From NCBI GenBank assembly GCA_902789675.1, contig CADAPG010000003.1:1-58501 (forward strand): a DNA stretch of 58,501 nucleotides, in the 5' to 3' direction. The DNA is from an uncultured Eubacteriales bacterium. GTDB taxonomy: Bacteria > Bacillota > Clostridia > Christensenellales > CAG-138. Both the position numbers and the translations under genes were made by a program. Every line of letters begins with the position of its first letter. The first letter of the stretch is position 1. Below, one piece after another: positions 38,498-49,269 of this stretch. The notes beneath the pieces are model-generated. The model was not told where the DNA came from. It searched no databases and worked only from the letters and a program-made list of their open reading frames with translations.

Positions 38498-39442
38498 ATG
38501 GCGGGGATCGATATGAAGTCCCTGATGGGGCTGGTCGGCAGCGACGGCATCGAAGCGCTGGCGAAATCGACGAAGACCGATAAGAGCAAGGTCACGGCGG
38601 TGCTTTCCGACGCGCTTCCCGTGCTGGTCGGCAAGATGTCCGACAATGCGTCGACGAAGGACGGCGCGGAATCGCTGAACAAGGCGCTGAACGAGCACAA
38701 GACCGGCGACACGATCGACGCTGCGGCGTTCCTTGCGTCGGCGGACAGCGACGACGGCAAGAAGATCCTCGGGCATATCCTCGGCAGCGACGAAGCCGCG
38801 GCGACCAAGGCGATCTCGAAAAAGAGCGGCGTGTCCGGCAAGAAGGTCGGCACGATCCTTTCCACGGTTGCGCCTCTGCTGCTGTCGCAGCTCGGCAACA
38901 AGAAGGACGACGATTCGAGCGCAGGCATCGGCGGGCTTCTGGGCGGACTTCTGGGCGGCGGCTCGCAGAGCAGCTCCGGCAGCATCGGTTCGACGCTGCT
39001 CGGCAGCCTCTTGGGCGGCGGAAGCAGCTCGCAGCAATCCTCGTCCGGCGGTCTGTTCGGCGGACTTCTGGGCGGACTTTTAGGCGGCAAGGAAGAGGAG
39101 AAGGAAGAGGAAAAGGAAGAGGAGTCCGGCGGTCTTCTGGGCGGGCTCGGCTCGCTTGCCATGAACCTGTTCGGCGACAGCTCCGCGCTTTCCGAATCGA
39201 CCTCCGGCAAGAAAAAGACCGGCAAAAAGACCGGCACATCCTCGGCAAAGAAAAAGACCGGCACGACCTCGAGCGGCAAGAAGACCGCGGCGAAGAAGCC
39301 TGCGTCGTCGACCGCCAAGAAGACGGGAACGACCGCGACCGGCAAAAAGACCGCGGCAAAGAAGCCCGCATCGTCGACCGCCAAGAAAACCGGCACGACA
39401 GCAACGGGCAAAAAGACCGCCAAGAAAACGACCGGCAAGTAA
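38498..39442 (+). CDS. DUF937-like protein with GGLLGGLL repeats and a Lys/Ala/Thr-rich tail
   Basis: ALPVLVG..SLNKALNEH..GKKILGHILG..APLLL pattern; 22-aa KKTAAKKPASSTAKK repeats. Confidence 0.8.
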   Translation: MAGIDMKSLMGLVGSDGIEALAKSTKTDKSKVTAVLSDALPVLVGKMSDNASTKDGAESLNKALNEHKTGDTIDAAAFLASADSDDGKKILGHILGSDEAAATKAISKKSGVSGKKVGTILSTVAPLLLSQLGNKKDDDSSAGIGGLLGGLLGGGSQSSSGSIGSTLLGSLLGGGSSSQQSSSGGLFGGLLGGLLGGKEEEKEEEKEEESGGLLGGLGSLAMNLFGDSSALSESTSGKKKTGKKTGTSSAKKKTGTTSSGKKTAAKKPASSTAKKTGTTATGKKTAAKKPASSTAKKTGTTATGKKTAKKTTGK

Positions 39443-39453
39443 TTCATAAAAAC

Positions 39454-39496
39454 AAAAAAGAGGCTGTTCAATCGTTTTTTGAACAGCCCCTTTTTT
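39454..39496. terminator. bidirectional terminator
   Basis: AAAAAAGAGGCTGTTCAA..TTGAACAGCCCCTTTTTT. Confidence 0.7.
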
Positions 39497-39506
39497 ATGC
39501 GCGGAT

Positions 39507-40352
39507 TCAGACCGTGCCGGTGAGCGTGACCGTCAGCACGCCCGGATTCACGGTGATCGTGCCGGCGTCGTCCTGCGTGAACGTCGCGGCGGGCACGGAG
39601 AGCGTTCCCTGCGTGCCGGAGGGCAGCGTGAAGGTGTTCGCCGCAAAGGTGAAGTCCGTCGAAGGCGCGCCGTTCACGGTCACGGCGACGTCCGAAAGCG
39701 TCAGCGGGAAATCGTCGGTCAGGGACAGCGCCGTCGCCTCGACGTTGCCGCGGTTTTCGATCGTGAAGGTCACGAAAAGCTGTCCGCCGCCGGTGATCGG
39801 GTTCGGACCCATTTCCTTTTCGATCGACACGTCCGCGTATTCCGCGACGGGCACGGTCGCGGAAGCGGTCAGCGGTTCGGCTTCTCCGACCGAGACCGTG
39901 TTTGTGATCTCGCTGCCGACCGAGAGCGGCGCAAAGGAATTTGCCGTCGCCTGATAGATCAGCAGCGCGTTCGCGTCCGCAGGGATCGACGGGATCGTGA
40001 ACTGAACGCCGCCGGGCACGGTCTGCGGTTCGAGCTCCTCCGAAAACGTCCCGTTCACGTACAGCGTTGCGCTTTCCGCAAGGGTCAGCGGCACGACCGG
40101 CGTGTCGGAACCGGCGGGGGTGTACGCGCCGAGATCGTCGGTGACGGCAAGGTTTTCGATCGCCGCCGCGCTGAGGTTGTGCAGCGAGATCAGATAGGTC
40201 AGCGTCGAGCCCTCGCGGTATTCGTCCTCGAGCGCGCGCTTTTCGACGGAGAGGGAAGCGTTCCATTCGGTCTCCGCAAGGTTGGACAGTACGGACGCGG
40301 TCGTCGTGCCGTAGGTATATGTAAGGTTTGCCTGATTTGTGATCGTTGCCAT
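39507..40352 (-). CDS. DUF11-like Ig-fold repeat protein
   Basis: ITNQANL, LTYLISLHN..VTDDL, VTFTIENRG..LTDDF repeats; AAGGAG RBS. Confidence 0.75.
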   Translation of the reverse strand: MATITNQANLTYTYGTTTASVLSNLAETEWNASLSVEKRALEDEYREGSTLTYLISLHNLSAAAIENLAVTDDLGAYTPAGSDTPVVPLTLAESATLYVNGTFSEELEPQTVPGGVQFTIPSIPADANALLIYQATANSFAPLSVGSEITNTVSVGEAEPLTASATVPVAEYADVSIEKEMGPNPITGGGQLFVTFTIENRGNVEATALSLTDDFPLTLSDVAVTVNGAPSTDFTFAANTFTLPSGTQGTLSVPAATFTQDDAGTITVNPGVLTVTLTGTV

Positions 40353-40491
40353 GGGATACTCCTTTCCGGACGGCGTACGCCGTCCTCGGTATACTATGCA
40401 GAACGTAAAAATCCGGTTACAAAACAGGGCTCGCCGAAATAAAAAAGCCCCCCTCTTGTCTGAGGGAGGCAAACCGTTTGCCGTGTTGCGA

Positions 40492-40908
40492 TCAGAATCC
40501 GGACGCGGTCACAATGACGGAGAAGATCCACGTGATGAAGATACAGATGAGCGCAAACGTCAGCGCGCCGATCCCGAGGCAAAGCCCCACGGCGGAGAAG
40601 ACGATGCCCTTGACCGAACGCGTCGCGCGGCGAATGCTGCGGATCAGACCGAGCACGCCGAGAACGACGGCAGCCGCGCCGAGAAGCATGGCGAGGACGA
40701 TCAGAACGATCAGGACCGGACCGTATACGGGCATTCCTTCGTACTGATAATTGGCGGCGCGCCAGATATTGCCGAACAGTGCAAGAAAGTATGTGATCAG
40801 CGACAGGACAAAACCGACGATGCCGAGCGTCAGCGCGGCGCCCTGAAGCCGGATCGGAACGGGCTGACGGGCAGGCTGTTCCGTGACGGTGGTTTCATAA
40901 TACTCCAT
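40492..40908 (-). CDS. three-TM membrane protein
   Basis: AAGGAG RBS; hydrophobic helices. Confidence 0.75.
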   Translation of the reverse strand: MEYYETTVTEQPARQPVPIRLQGAALTLGIVGFVLSLITYFLALFGNIWRAANYQYEGMPVYGPVLIVLIVLAMLLGAAAVVLGVLGLIRSIRRATRSVKGIVFSAVGLCLGIGALTFALICIFITWIFSVIVTASGF

Positions 40909-41014
40909 GTAAATGCTCCTTTTCCGAAATTGCAGGTTTCATCCGGGTCTGCGGCGTGTTCACTGCACCGAACGCGTCGGGCAGATCGTGCCGCAGACGC
41001 CGGTTCCGATGTTC

Positions 41015-42487
41015 TTATTGATCGGCGGGGAGATAGTACGCCTTGATCATTTCGTACGTCTCGCGATGGAAGACCGCCTTCTCCTTGGCTTCGGTGAGCC
41101 ATTCGTCGAACTGCGCTTCCCACGCATCCTCCCGAAGCGCCGCCATCGCCGCGATCCGGACTTCCTCCTCGATCGACGCGCGGTCGACGGGACCTGCCTT
41201 CACGACCTCGATGAGCTTCACGATCACGTACGCGTCGTCGACGAGGACCGGCTTGCTGTACGTGCCGGGCTCCAGATCCTTTGCGTAATCGCCGAGCGAG
41301 CCGTTGCGCGGGTCGTCGCCGTTCACGTACACCAGACGCTCGTCCAGACCGGACTCGTTTTCGGGCGTGCCGTTGTAGGTCTTCATGACGTCCTCAAACG
41401 TCGCGCCGCCTTCGAGCGCGGCATACGCCTCGTCGATCCTGGTGCGGATGTCGCCGTAGTAGCCTTCCTCCAGCGCGTCGTTCTCCGCCTTCAGCGCCGC
41501 GTATTCCTCCGCGATCTCCGCCTGACGATCCGGGTTTTCGTTGTTCAGCATGAGCGCGCCGTATTCCGCTTCCAGATCCTTCATCTTCGTCGCGTTTGCT
41601 TCAATCTTTTCATCGGGCTCGCCGTTCGGCGCAAGCCGGATGACCTGCACGCGGATATAGCCTTCCGGCACGTACAGGACGGGCGTTTCGCTGTCGACAT
41701 CGATGCCCTCCGCATGGTAGTAGTACTCCAGCGGGTTCTCGTCGAACGTCTTCTTCTGCATTTCCAGCGTCGAGTCGTACCATGTGTCGATCGCATCCGT
41801 GTCGATCTCGTCCGCGTTGAGGTTCGCCTTCAGCGTTTCGCTGAGCTTGTCGATCCGGAGACCTTCGAGAATGCTGTCGTGCTCCATCTGCAGATAGTCG
41901 TCAAAGACGAAGCCCTCGTGGAACATCTGGGCAAGCTGCTCGTTGATCGCGTTCAGCGCGACGTCAAGCTGTTCCTGCGTGAGCTGGGTCGCGCTCTCCG
42001 GGATCTCGTCGGTCGCACCGTAATAGTACGCAAACTGGCACAGCAGCGCGTCGCGCTCCTCCTCGACTTCCGCATGCGCTTCGCCGTTCAGTTCCAGCTC
42101 CTCCTCTTCGGTGAGGGCGACGCCGAGCTCCTCCGCCTTCCAGAGCGGCACATAGTTCCGAATGATCTCGTCCTCCGCCATGGAAAAGCACTGGTCGACG
42201 ATCTCCTCGTTGATGGAACCGGAGTAGCTGAACATGCCGATGTAGGAGTCGAACAGATTGGCAACGTCGTTTGCCTTGATCTGAATGCTGCCGAGCTCAA
42301 CGGCGATCGCTTCGCCGTCAAATTCCGGTTCGGAGGATTCGCCGGAAACCGGCGCGGGCACGGCCTGCGGACCGCCGGCAGACGTGTCGGCGGGCGTGTC
42401 CTCTTCCTTCGGAACGAGGCAGCCGACGAGCGACAGCGTCATCAGAAGCGCGGTCAGAAGCGCAAAAAAGCGTTTGGTGAGTTTCAT
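41015..42487 (-). CDS. acidic lipoprotein, probable PrsA/SurA-like foldase (parvulin-like)
   Basis: Lipobox LVGC; ALEGGATFEDVM..LEPGTYSKPV..YVIVK; located downstream of mfd. Confidence 0.7.
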   Translation of the reverse strand: MKLTKRFFALLTALLMTLSLVGCLVPKEEDTPADTSAGGPQAVPAPVSGESSEPEFDGEAIAVELGSIQIKANDVANLFDSYIGMFSYSGSINEEIVDQCFSMAEDEIIRNYVPLWKAEELGVALTEEEELELNGEAHAEVEEERDALLCQFAYYYGATDEIPESATQLTQEQLDVALNAINEQLAQMFHEGFVFDDYLQMEHDSILEGLRIDKLSETLKANLNADEIDTDAIDTWYDSTLEMQKKTFDENPLEYYYHAEGIDVDSETPVLYVPEGYIRVQVIRLAPNGEPDEKIEANATKMKDLEAEYGALMLNNENPDRQAEIAEEYAALKAENDALEEGYYGDIRTRIDEAYAALEGGATFEDVMKTYNGTPENESGLDERLVYVNGDDPRNGSLGDYAKDLEPGTYSKPVLVDDAYVIVKLIEVVKAGPVDRASIEEEVRIAAMAALREDAWEAQFDEWLTEAKEKAVFHRETYEMIKAYYLPADQ

Positions 42488-42523
42488 ATGATTCAGGGAT
42501 CCTTTCTTAATATGCTTGTCCTA

Positions 42524-45500
42524 TTATACTCCGAGTTCGGCGTCTGCGCAATGCATCAGCCTGTAAATTAATTGTGGAAGATTTTTGACAAAATCGCGAA
42601 TACCGCGCTTTTTGTCGGTCCATACGATCGCCGGCGGCTCGTTTGCAAGCAGCCGAAGATTCGGTTCGGAGGACAGCACGGCAAGAAGCTGCATGCCGTC
42701 CGGATGCGCGGAGGCGTCGTACGTGAGCGTCGTCTTGCCTTCGCGCACGGTGACGGAGGAGAAGCCCGCGCGCTGCGCGTACGCGCGGATCAGCGCAAGC
42801 TGCATCAGCGTCAGCACCGGTTCCGGCAGGTCGCCGTAGCGGTCGTTGAATTCGTCGAGCAGATCGGTGTACGAATCGCTGTCGCCGATCCCCGCGATCC
42901 GCTTGTACATGGCGAGCCGGTGCAGCTCGGAGGGCAGGAACGACTTCGGAACGTACGCATCGATCGGCACGTCGACCGTCGTTTCGATCTCCGGCGCAAG
43001 CGTTTCGCCCTTCGCCTCGGCCACGGCGCTGCGCATCAGCTTGCAATAAAATTCATAGCCGACGTCCGTGATATGCCCGTGCTGTTCCGCGCCTAAAAGA
43101 CTGCCCGCGCCGCGGATCTCCAGATCGCGCATCGCAAGACGGAAGCCCGCGCCGAACTGCGTGAACTCGCGGATCGCCAGAAGCCGCTTCTGCGCCGTTT
43201 CCGAAACGGCGCGCGCCTGCGGCACGGTAAAGTACGCATACGCCATGCGGGTCGACCGTCCCACCCTGCCGCGAAGCTGATAGAGCTGCGCAAGCCCGAG
43301 CTTGTCCGCGTCGAGCACGACGAGCGTGTTCGCGTTCGGAATGTCCACGCCGCTCTCGATGATCGTGGAGCACAGGAGGACGTCGATCTCCTTTCGCAGA
43401 AACGCCATCATCGTGTTCTCCAGAAGCGCTTCCGGCATCTGTCCGTGCGCCATCGCGATACGCGCCTCCGGCAGCAGCGCCTGCAGGTGTTCGAGCGTCG
43501 AGCCCATCGTGATCACGCGGTTCGACACGACGAACGCCTGTCCCCCGCGCGAAAGCTCTTTCTGCAGCGCGGCGGCGACGAACGCATCGTTGTATTCCGT
43601 GACGAACGTCTGTACGGGGAAGCGGTTTTCCGGCGGCGTTTCGATCGTGCTGATGTCGCGGATGCCCGTCATCGACAGGTTCAGCGTCCGGGGGATCGGC
43701 GTCGCGGTCAGCGTCAGCACGTCGATCTCGCTGCGCAAGGCCTTGATCTGCTCCTTGTGGTTCACGCCGAAGCGATGTTCCTCGTCGATGATGAGAAGCC
43801 CGAGATCCTTGAATTTCACCGATTTCGCCAGCAGCGCATGCGTGCCCACGACCACGTCGATTTCGCCGGTCTCAAGTCCGCGCTTGACCTCGGCGCATTC
43901 CTTCGGCGACTGGAAGCGGGAAAGGCACGCCACGTGCACCGGAAAGTCCGCAAAGCGCTGCAGCAGCGTATGATAATGCTGCTGCGCAAGGATCGTCGTC
44001 GGCACCAGGAACGCCGTCTGCTTGCTGTCCTGTGCCGCTTTGAACGCCGCGCGCATCGCGACCTCGGTCTTGCCGTAGCCCACGTCGCCGCACAGCAGCC
44101 GGTCCATCGGACGCGGCGACTCCATGTCCGCCTTGACGTCCTTGATCGCCTGCGCCTGATCGGGCGTCTCCTCATAGGGGAAGGCGTCCTCGAGCCGTTT
44201 CTGCCACGGCGAATCCTTGGAAAACGCAAAGCCGCCGTTCTGACTTCTCGCCGCGTAAAGCCGCGCAAGGTCGATCGCAAGCTTCTTTGCGCCGGCGCGC
44301 GCCTTTTCCACGCGCTGCTGCCAATCCCTGCCGCCGAGCTTGCTCAGCTGCGGGGGCACCTCGGCGTCCGCACCGATGTATTTCTGGATCCGGTCCAGCT
44401 GATCGGTCGGGATGAAGAGCCGATCCTCGCCGCGGTAGGCGAACAGCAGATAGTCCTTCGTGCAGCCGTTGACCTTGAGCTGCTCCACGCCCAAAAACCT
44501 GCCGATGCCGTACGCCTCGTGCACCACGTAATCGCCGACGGACAGGTCGGAAAACTTCAGCGTGCCGTTCTTTTTGCGCACGCGCGCGGCAGGGCGTTTG
44601 CCGAACAGCTCCTGCGCCGTCAGAACGCAGAGATGCGATTCCGGGAACACAAAGCCCTGCGGCAGGGATTCCGAAAGGATCAGCGCTTCGCCGCGCACCG
44701 GCGGACGGGACAGCGTTTTCGCATAGCCGATGGAAAGATTGACGTCGCCGAGGACGTCGCGCATGCGCTCCTGCGCTTCGCCCACGTACAGCAGCACCGC
44801 CTCGCGCGATTTCAGAAGCTTTGACAGCTCGGTGACAAACTGCGCGGAATCGTTGAGGTACGCGGGCGCGGGCTCCGCGGTGAAGCTCACGCGCGCACGG
44901 TGGCGGTAATTGGCATAGGGGCGGAACAGCGCGTAATACGCCGCGGTATGCCGCGTGTCGAGCCGCCGCATGACCGTGTCCGCGCCGCAGAGAAGCTTCC
45001 CCTGCGACGGGTGTCCCTCGCCGCGCTCCAGCGTCGCCGCAACCGTTTCGGCAAAGATCAGCTCCGCGGCGCGCGCCTCGTCCGCGATCCGTCCGGGATC
45101 GTTCAGCAGAAGCACGCTGTCCTCGGGCAGATAGTCGACGAGCGTTTCGGTGACGGGGTACAGAAGCGGAACGAGCACGTCCGCGCCGACGCACGGCCGC
45201 CGTTCCTTCCACGATTCGCGCTGCGCGTCAAAGCCCTGCGCGTTCTTTAGAAGCCGCAGCGCGCGCGCCATCGCCTCGGCGGTCTGCGGCGTTTCAAAGG
45301 CGGGCGGCAGCACGGCGGAATCGACCTGTTCGACGCTGCGCTGCGTCAGCGGATCGAACACGCGCATCTGATCCACGTCGTCGCCGTAAAACTCGATGCG
45401 GTACGGATACGCCGCCTGCGGGGGATAGACGTCCAGGATGTCCCCGCGCGACGCAAACTGCCCGGGTCCCTCGATCTCCGCCGTGCGCTCGTAGCCCGCG

Positions 45501-45964
45501 TCCGCAAGCTGCGCGATCAGCGTGCGCGGATCGACCGTATCGCCGACCTGAACGCGCACGATCTGCGACAAAAACGTCTCATGCTGGACAAGACGCTCCA
45601 TCAGCGCCTCGGGACAGGTGATGATCAGGGAGGGGACCGAAAGCGCCAGGCGCGAAAGCACCGAAAGGCGCGAGGATCTGCGCTCGGAGGAGACCGCCTC
45701 CAGATGCACAAGCGGCAGCTCGCGCGGCAAGAAAAGCCCCGTATCCGGGCGATATGCGCGCTGCAGCTCAAAAAGCCGCATCGCCTCCGCGGGCGTCGGC
45801 ACGACCCAAACGACCGTCCGCTCCTCCGCAAGCGCGGCGTTGACGACGGGGCGATGCGCCTCCGAAAGCCCGAAGACGGCGACCGTTCCGTCACCGTTTT
45901 CCAGCGATGCATGCAGTTGTCGATAGCCGGGGTCGTTTGCGACCGCGCGTAAAAGCTCTTTCAT
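42524..45964 (-). CDS. mfd: transcription-repair coupling factor
   Basis: UvrB-like module, CarD/RID GDYVVH, CGDVGYGKTE, DEEHRFG, TATPIPRTL, RDLEIRGAG, TRCF; an alternative TTG start at 45982 is possible. Confidence 0.97.
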   Translation of the reverse strand: MKELLRAVANDPGYRQLHASLENGDGTVAVFGLSEAHRPVVNAALAEERTVVWVVPTPAEAMRLFELQRAYRPDTGLFLPRELPLVHLEAVSSERRSSRLSVLSRLALSVPSLIITCPEALMERLVQHETFLSQIVRVQVGDTVDPRTLIAQLADAGYERTAEIEGPGQFASRGDILDVYPPQAAYPYRIEFYGDDVDQMRVFDPLTQRSVEQVDSAVLPPAFETPQTAEAMARALRLLKNAQGFDAQRESWKERRPCVGADVLVPLLYPVTETLVDYLPEDSVLLLNDPGRIADEARAAELIFAETVAATLERGEGHPSQGKLLCGADTVMRRLDTRHTAAYYALFRPYANYRHRARVSFTAEPAPAYLNDSAQFVTELSKLLKSREAVLLYVGEAQERMRDVLGDVNLSIGYAKTLSRPPVRGEALILSESLPQGFVFPESHLCVLTAQELFGKRPAARVRKKNGTLKFSDLSVGDYVVHEAYGIGRFLGVEQLKVNGCTKDYLLFAYRGEDRLFIPTDQLDRIQKYIGADAEVPPQLSKLGGRDWQQRVEKARAGAKKLAIDLARLYAARSQNGGFAFSKDSPWQKRLEDAFPYEETPDQAQAIKDVKADMESPRPMDRLLCGDVGYGKTEVAMRAAFKAAQDSKQTAFLVPTTILAQQHYHTLLQRFADFPVHVACLSRFQSPKECAEVKRGLETGEIDVVVGTHALLAKSVKFKDLGLLIIDEEHRFGVNHKEQIKALRSEIDVLTLTATPIPRTLNLSMTGIRDISTIETPPENRFPVQTFVTEYNDAFVAAALQKELSRGGQAFVVSNRVITMGSTLEHLQALLPEARIAMAHGQMPEALLENTMMAFLRKEIDVLLCSTIIESGVDIPNANTLVVLDADKLGLAQLYQLRGRVGRSTRMAYAYFTVPQARAVSETAQKRLLAIREFTQFGAGFRLAMRDLEIRGAGSLLGAEQHGHITDVGYEFYCKLMRSAVAEAKGETLAPEIETTVDVPIDAYVPKSFLPSELHRLAMYKRIAGIGDSDSYTDLLDEFNDRYGDLPEPVLTLMQLALIRAYAQRAGFSSVTVREGKTTLTYDASAHPDGMQLLAVLSSEPNLRLLANEPPAIVWTDKKRGIRDFVKNLPQLIYRLMHCADAELGV

Positions 45965-45993
45965 ACGTTCGTTATGGTGCAAAATCGCACCAA

Positions 45994-46602
45994 TCAGGCT
46001 TCGTCTTTGTGTCCGTCGATCGAGACGGAGCGGTTCTTTTCATGCTTTTTATTGTACTTGCTCTGCGCCTCGCCGATGTTGCCGGAGACGATCAGCGCGG
46101 CGGCGTCCGCGGCGTTTTCGAAGACCTCGTCCAGCGTCTTCTGCTCCTCCTTCGAGGGGCGCTTCAGCACGTAGTCGCGCAGCAGGATCGATTCGTCCTT
46201 GCCGACGCCGATGCGGATGCGGGAAAAGTTCTCGGAATGGATGCAGGCGATGATCGAGCGCAGCCCGTTGTGCGTACCGGCGGAACCGTTCGCGCGGATG
46301 CGCATGCTGCCGAGCGGCAGGTCGATGTCGTCACAGAGCACAATGAGACGCTCCGGCGCGAGCTTGTAGAAATGGAGAAGGCTTTGCACCGCGTCGCCGC
46401 TGAGATTCATATAGGTCTGGGGCTTCGCTAAGATCACGCGCTCGTTTCCGATGCGCCCCTCGCCGTACAGCGCAGAAAAGCCCTTGGTCTTCACGCGGAT
46501 ATCCAGCTTTTCCGCAAGCGCGTCCAGCGCCTGAAAGCCCGCGTTGTGCCGTGTTTTTCTGTAACTCAGCCCGGGATTGCCGAGCCCGACGATCAGATAC
46601 AT
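45994..46602 (-). CDS. pth: peptidyl-tRNA hydrolase
   Basis: LIVGLGNPG..TRHNAGF, KPQTYMNLSG, GTHNGLRS. Confidence 0.97.
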   Translation of the reverse strand: MYLIVGLGNPGLSYRKTRHNAGFQALDALAEKLDIRVKTKGFSALYGEGRIGNERVILAKPQTYMNLSGDAVQSLLHFYKLAPERLIVLCDDIDLPLGSMRIRANGSAGTHNGLRSIIACIHSENFSRIRIGVGKDESILLRDYVLKRPSKEEQKTLDEVFENAADAAALIVSGNIGEAQSKYNKKHEKNRSVSIDGHKDEA

Positions 46603-46779
46603 ATCCGTTCCTCTCCGAAAATGGTATTTCCCCACGCCCCGGACGGGGGAGGGGTATTGAACGGGCGTGTGCCCGTATCCTTTATTATAGCATGCTTTCT
46701 CTCCCCGCGCAACCGGAATTGCGGCGTCCGGCGCGTAAAAAATCCCGCCGGGGTTCCGGCGGGATCGGATCGGGCTCGG

Positions 46780-48855
46780 TCAGGAGTAGATCTTGCAGTT
46801 CGGGAGCGCCGCCTTCAGCGCGTCGATCTGCGATTTTTCCACCTTGTTTCCGCTCAGGGACAGGGTGGTCAGGTTCGTCAGCGTCAGCAGAACGGAGGTG
46901 TCCGTGACGGCGTTGTTCGAAAGGTTCAGATACGTGAGCTTCGTAAGCTTCCGCAGAAAACCGATATCCCGGATGCCGTTGTCCGTCAGATAGAGCTTTT
47001 CGAGGTTCTCGAGCTTGCCGATCGGGGAGTAGTCGCCGATCGGGTTCTTGCCGAGGTCGAGGATTGTCAGGTCCGTCAGATCGCCGAGCACGGAAACGTA
47101 TTTGACCTGATTGTTGTTCATGTACAGCGTCTGCAGCGCCTTCATATCGCCGACCGCGGAGATGTCCTTGACCTGATTGTCGGTCAGGTTCAGGTAGGTC
47201 AGCTTGGTCAGGGCGCGCAGGAACGAGATGTCGTCGATGCCGTTTCCGGCAAGAAAGAGCTTCTGGAGATTCACAAGACCGGCGAGCGGATACAGCTCTT
47301 CGATCTTGTTGTGCCCGAGGTCGAGGATCGTAAGGTTCTTGAGCCCGTCGAGCGCGGAGATGTCGACGATCCGGTTGTTGTCGAGATAGAGCGTTCTGAG
47401 CTTCGTCAGAAGCACCAGCGGGGAGACGTCCTCGATTTCGTTGTTGGCGAGGTTCAGATAGCTGAGGCTTCGGAGCCCGCGCAGCATGGAGATGTCGCGG
47501 ATGCGGTTGCTGCCGAGATACAGCGTCTTCAGCTTGGTCAGCTTGCTGAGCACGGAGAAATCGGAGATCTTGCTGTTTGCGAGATCCAGCGTTTCAAGAC
47601 CGGTCAGCTTTTCGAGCACGGAGATATCGGCGATCCCGTTTTCCTTCAGGAACAGCGCGGTCAGATCCGGCATGCCGCCGACAACGGAAATATCCTTGAT
47701 CTGATTGCCGGAGAGGTTCAGCGAGGTCAGCTGATGAAGATTTGCAAGCACGGAGATATCCGTGACCTTGTTGTTCGCAAGCTGCAGGTCCTGCATCTCG
47801 GTCAGATCCTGCAGCACGGAGAGATCCTTGATCTGGTTGTTGCTGAGCTCAAGACGCGTCAGATGCTTCATCTCCCGAAGCACGGAGATATCCGTGATCG
47901 CGTTATCCGAAAGCCGCAGATCGGTAAGCTCGGTCATGCCGGCAAGGAAGGAGAGATCCGCGACCTTTGCGCCCGCGAGCGACAGCGCCGTCAGACCGTT
48001 GAGATCCTTGAGCACGGAGGGATCGGCAACGGGATTGCCGGACAGGAACAGCCTGCGAAGTCCCGTCATGCGGCCGAGCACGGACACGTCCGCCACGGCA
48101 TTGCCTTCAATGTCCAGCTCCGCAAGCGCGGGCAGCTTTTCGAGCACGGAGATGTCGGAGATCCTGTTGCGGGCAAGCTTCAGGCGCGTCAGCCCCTTCA
48201 GATTCTGCAGCACGGAGATGTCGGAGATCCCGTTGTCCTCGAGATACAGCGAGGTGAGGTTTTCAAACAGCGCAAGGTCCGAGATGTCGGTCAGCTCCGC
48301 TTTCGGCAGCCGCAGCTCCGTCACCGCAAGGACGTCCGTGATCCGGATATCGTCGGTCAGGCTGTACGCCTGGCGGAAGGCGGTCTCGAACGCCGGATCC
48401 CGGAAGGAAACCGTGGGGACCTCCGTCGCCTTCGGGGCTTTCGTCGCCTCGGACGTATCCGTCTTGCCGGCTGCGGTGGGTTCGCTCACAGCGGGGCGAT
48501 CCGTATCGGCGGGCTCGACGTCCTTTTCCTTGATCAAAAACAGAATGATGAACACGACGGCGGCGATCAGCAGCAGCGCGGCGATGGGCAGAATGATCCA
48601 AAGCGCGCGGCTGCCGTTCTTCCGCTCGCGTGCTTTGCGTCCGCTCTTCTGCACGATGGCGGGCTTCTTCTTCGGGCGTTCGCCGTCGGGCTTGCCGCCG
48701 TTCATGGAATGCGCTTCGTCCGGCCAGAGGGACGGGTCCGGCGCAGGCTCCGGATTGCGCGATACCGGTTCCGCGGGGGGATCCAGCGGCGCGCCGCAGC
48801 ATGCGCAGAAGGACTGATTTTCATTGACGACAGTTCCGCATTGTTTACAAGTCAT
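46780..48855 (-). CDS. zinc-ribbon / single-TM / internalin-type LRR protein
   Basis: CKQCG..FCACCG, Pro-rich linker, TM, then about 22 consecutive 22-aa LxxLxLxxNxIxDIS repeats and a cap LKAALPNCKI. Confidence 0.9.
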   Translation of the reverse strand: MTCKQCGTVVNENQSFCACCGAPLDPPAEPVSRNPEPAPDPSLWPDEAHSMNGGKPDGERPKKKPAIVQKSGRKARERKNGSRALWIILPIAALLLIAAVVFIILFLIKEKDVEPADTDRPAVSEPTAAGKTDTSEATKAPKATEVPTVSFRDPAFETAFRQAYSLTDDIRITDVLAVTELRLPKAELTDISDLALFENLTSLYLEDNGISDISVLQNLKGLTRLKLARNRISDISVLEKLPALAELDIEGNAVADVSVLGRMTGLRRLFLSGNPVADPSVLKDLNGLTALSLAGAKVADLSFLAGMTELTDLRLSDNAITDISVLREMKHLTRLELSNNQIKDLSVLQDLTEMQDLQLANNKVTDISVLANLHQLTSLNLSGNQIKDISVVGGMPDLTALFLKENGIADISVLEKLTGLETLDLANSKISDFSVLSKLTKLKTLYLGSNRIRDISMLRGLRSLSYLNLANNEIEDVSPLVLLTKLRTLYLDNNRIVDISALDGLKNLTILDLGHNKIEELYPLAGLVNLQKLFLAGNGIDDISFLRALTKLTYLNLTDNQVKDISAVGDMKALQTLYMNNNQVKYVSVLGDLTDLTILDLGKNPIGDYSPIGKLENLEKLYLTDNGIRDIGFLRKLTKLTYLNLSNNAVTDTSVLLTLTNLTTLSLSGNKVEKSQIDALKAALPNCKIYS

Positions 48856-48888
48856 AGAATGCACCTCTTCCGATTGATGATGGGACGG

Positions 48889-49269
48889 TCATGCTTTATC
48901 GCGTTCAAAGACCAGGAAATCCTTTTTACCCTGGCCGATGGGCACCTGAAGCTGGAGCGTGTCGCCGTTCAGCGAATACGGGATCTGGATATCGTCCATC
49001 ACCAGGATCGCCGTGCCCCGCTCGATGAGCTCATAGCGGAACGAGCCCGAGGTCGTCTTTCCGTCCGAAAAAACGGTCCGGGTCCCTTTGCCGTGTCCGT
49101 CGAAGGTGTAGGATGCGGCATAGGTGCCGTTTTTGATCTCCTCGGCGCGCTCCTTGTGCTGCATGGAAGCGACCATGTTCCATGTGCCGGCAAGCGCGTC
49201 CTGCTTTCCGCAGCCGATGAGCGTCAGCGCGGCCGCCGCAAGCAGAATCCATGCGATCCATCGTTTCAT
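48889..49269 (-). CDS. small lipoprotein (LxGTW beta-rich domain)
   Basis: GGAGG RBS, lipobox LIGC, LAGTW..YTFDGHGKG. Confidence 0.8.
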   Translation of the reverse strand: MKRWIAWILLAAAALTLIGCGKQDALAGTWNMVASMQHKERAEEIKNGTYAASYTFDGHGKGTRTVFSDGKTTSGSFRYELIERGTAILVMDDIQIPYSLNGDTLQLQVPIGQGKKDFLVFERDKA

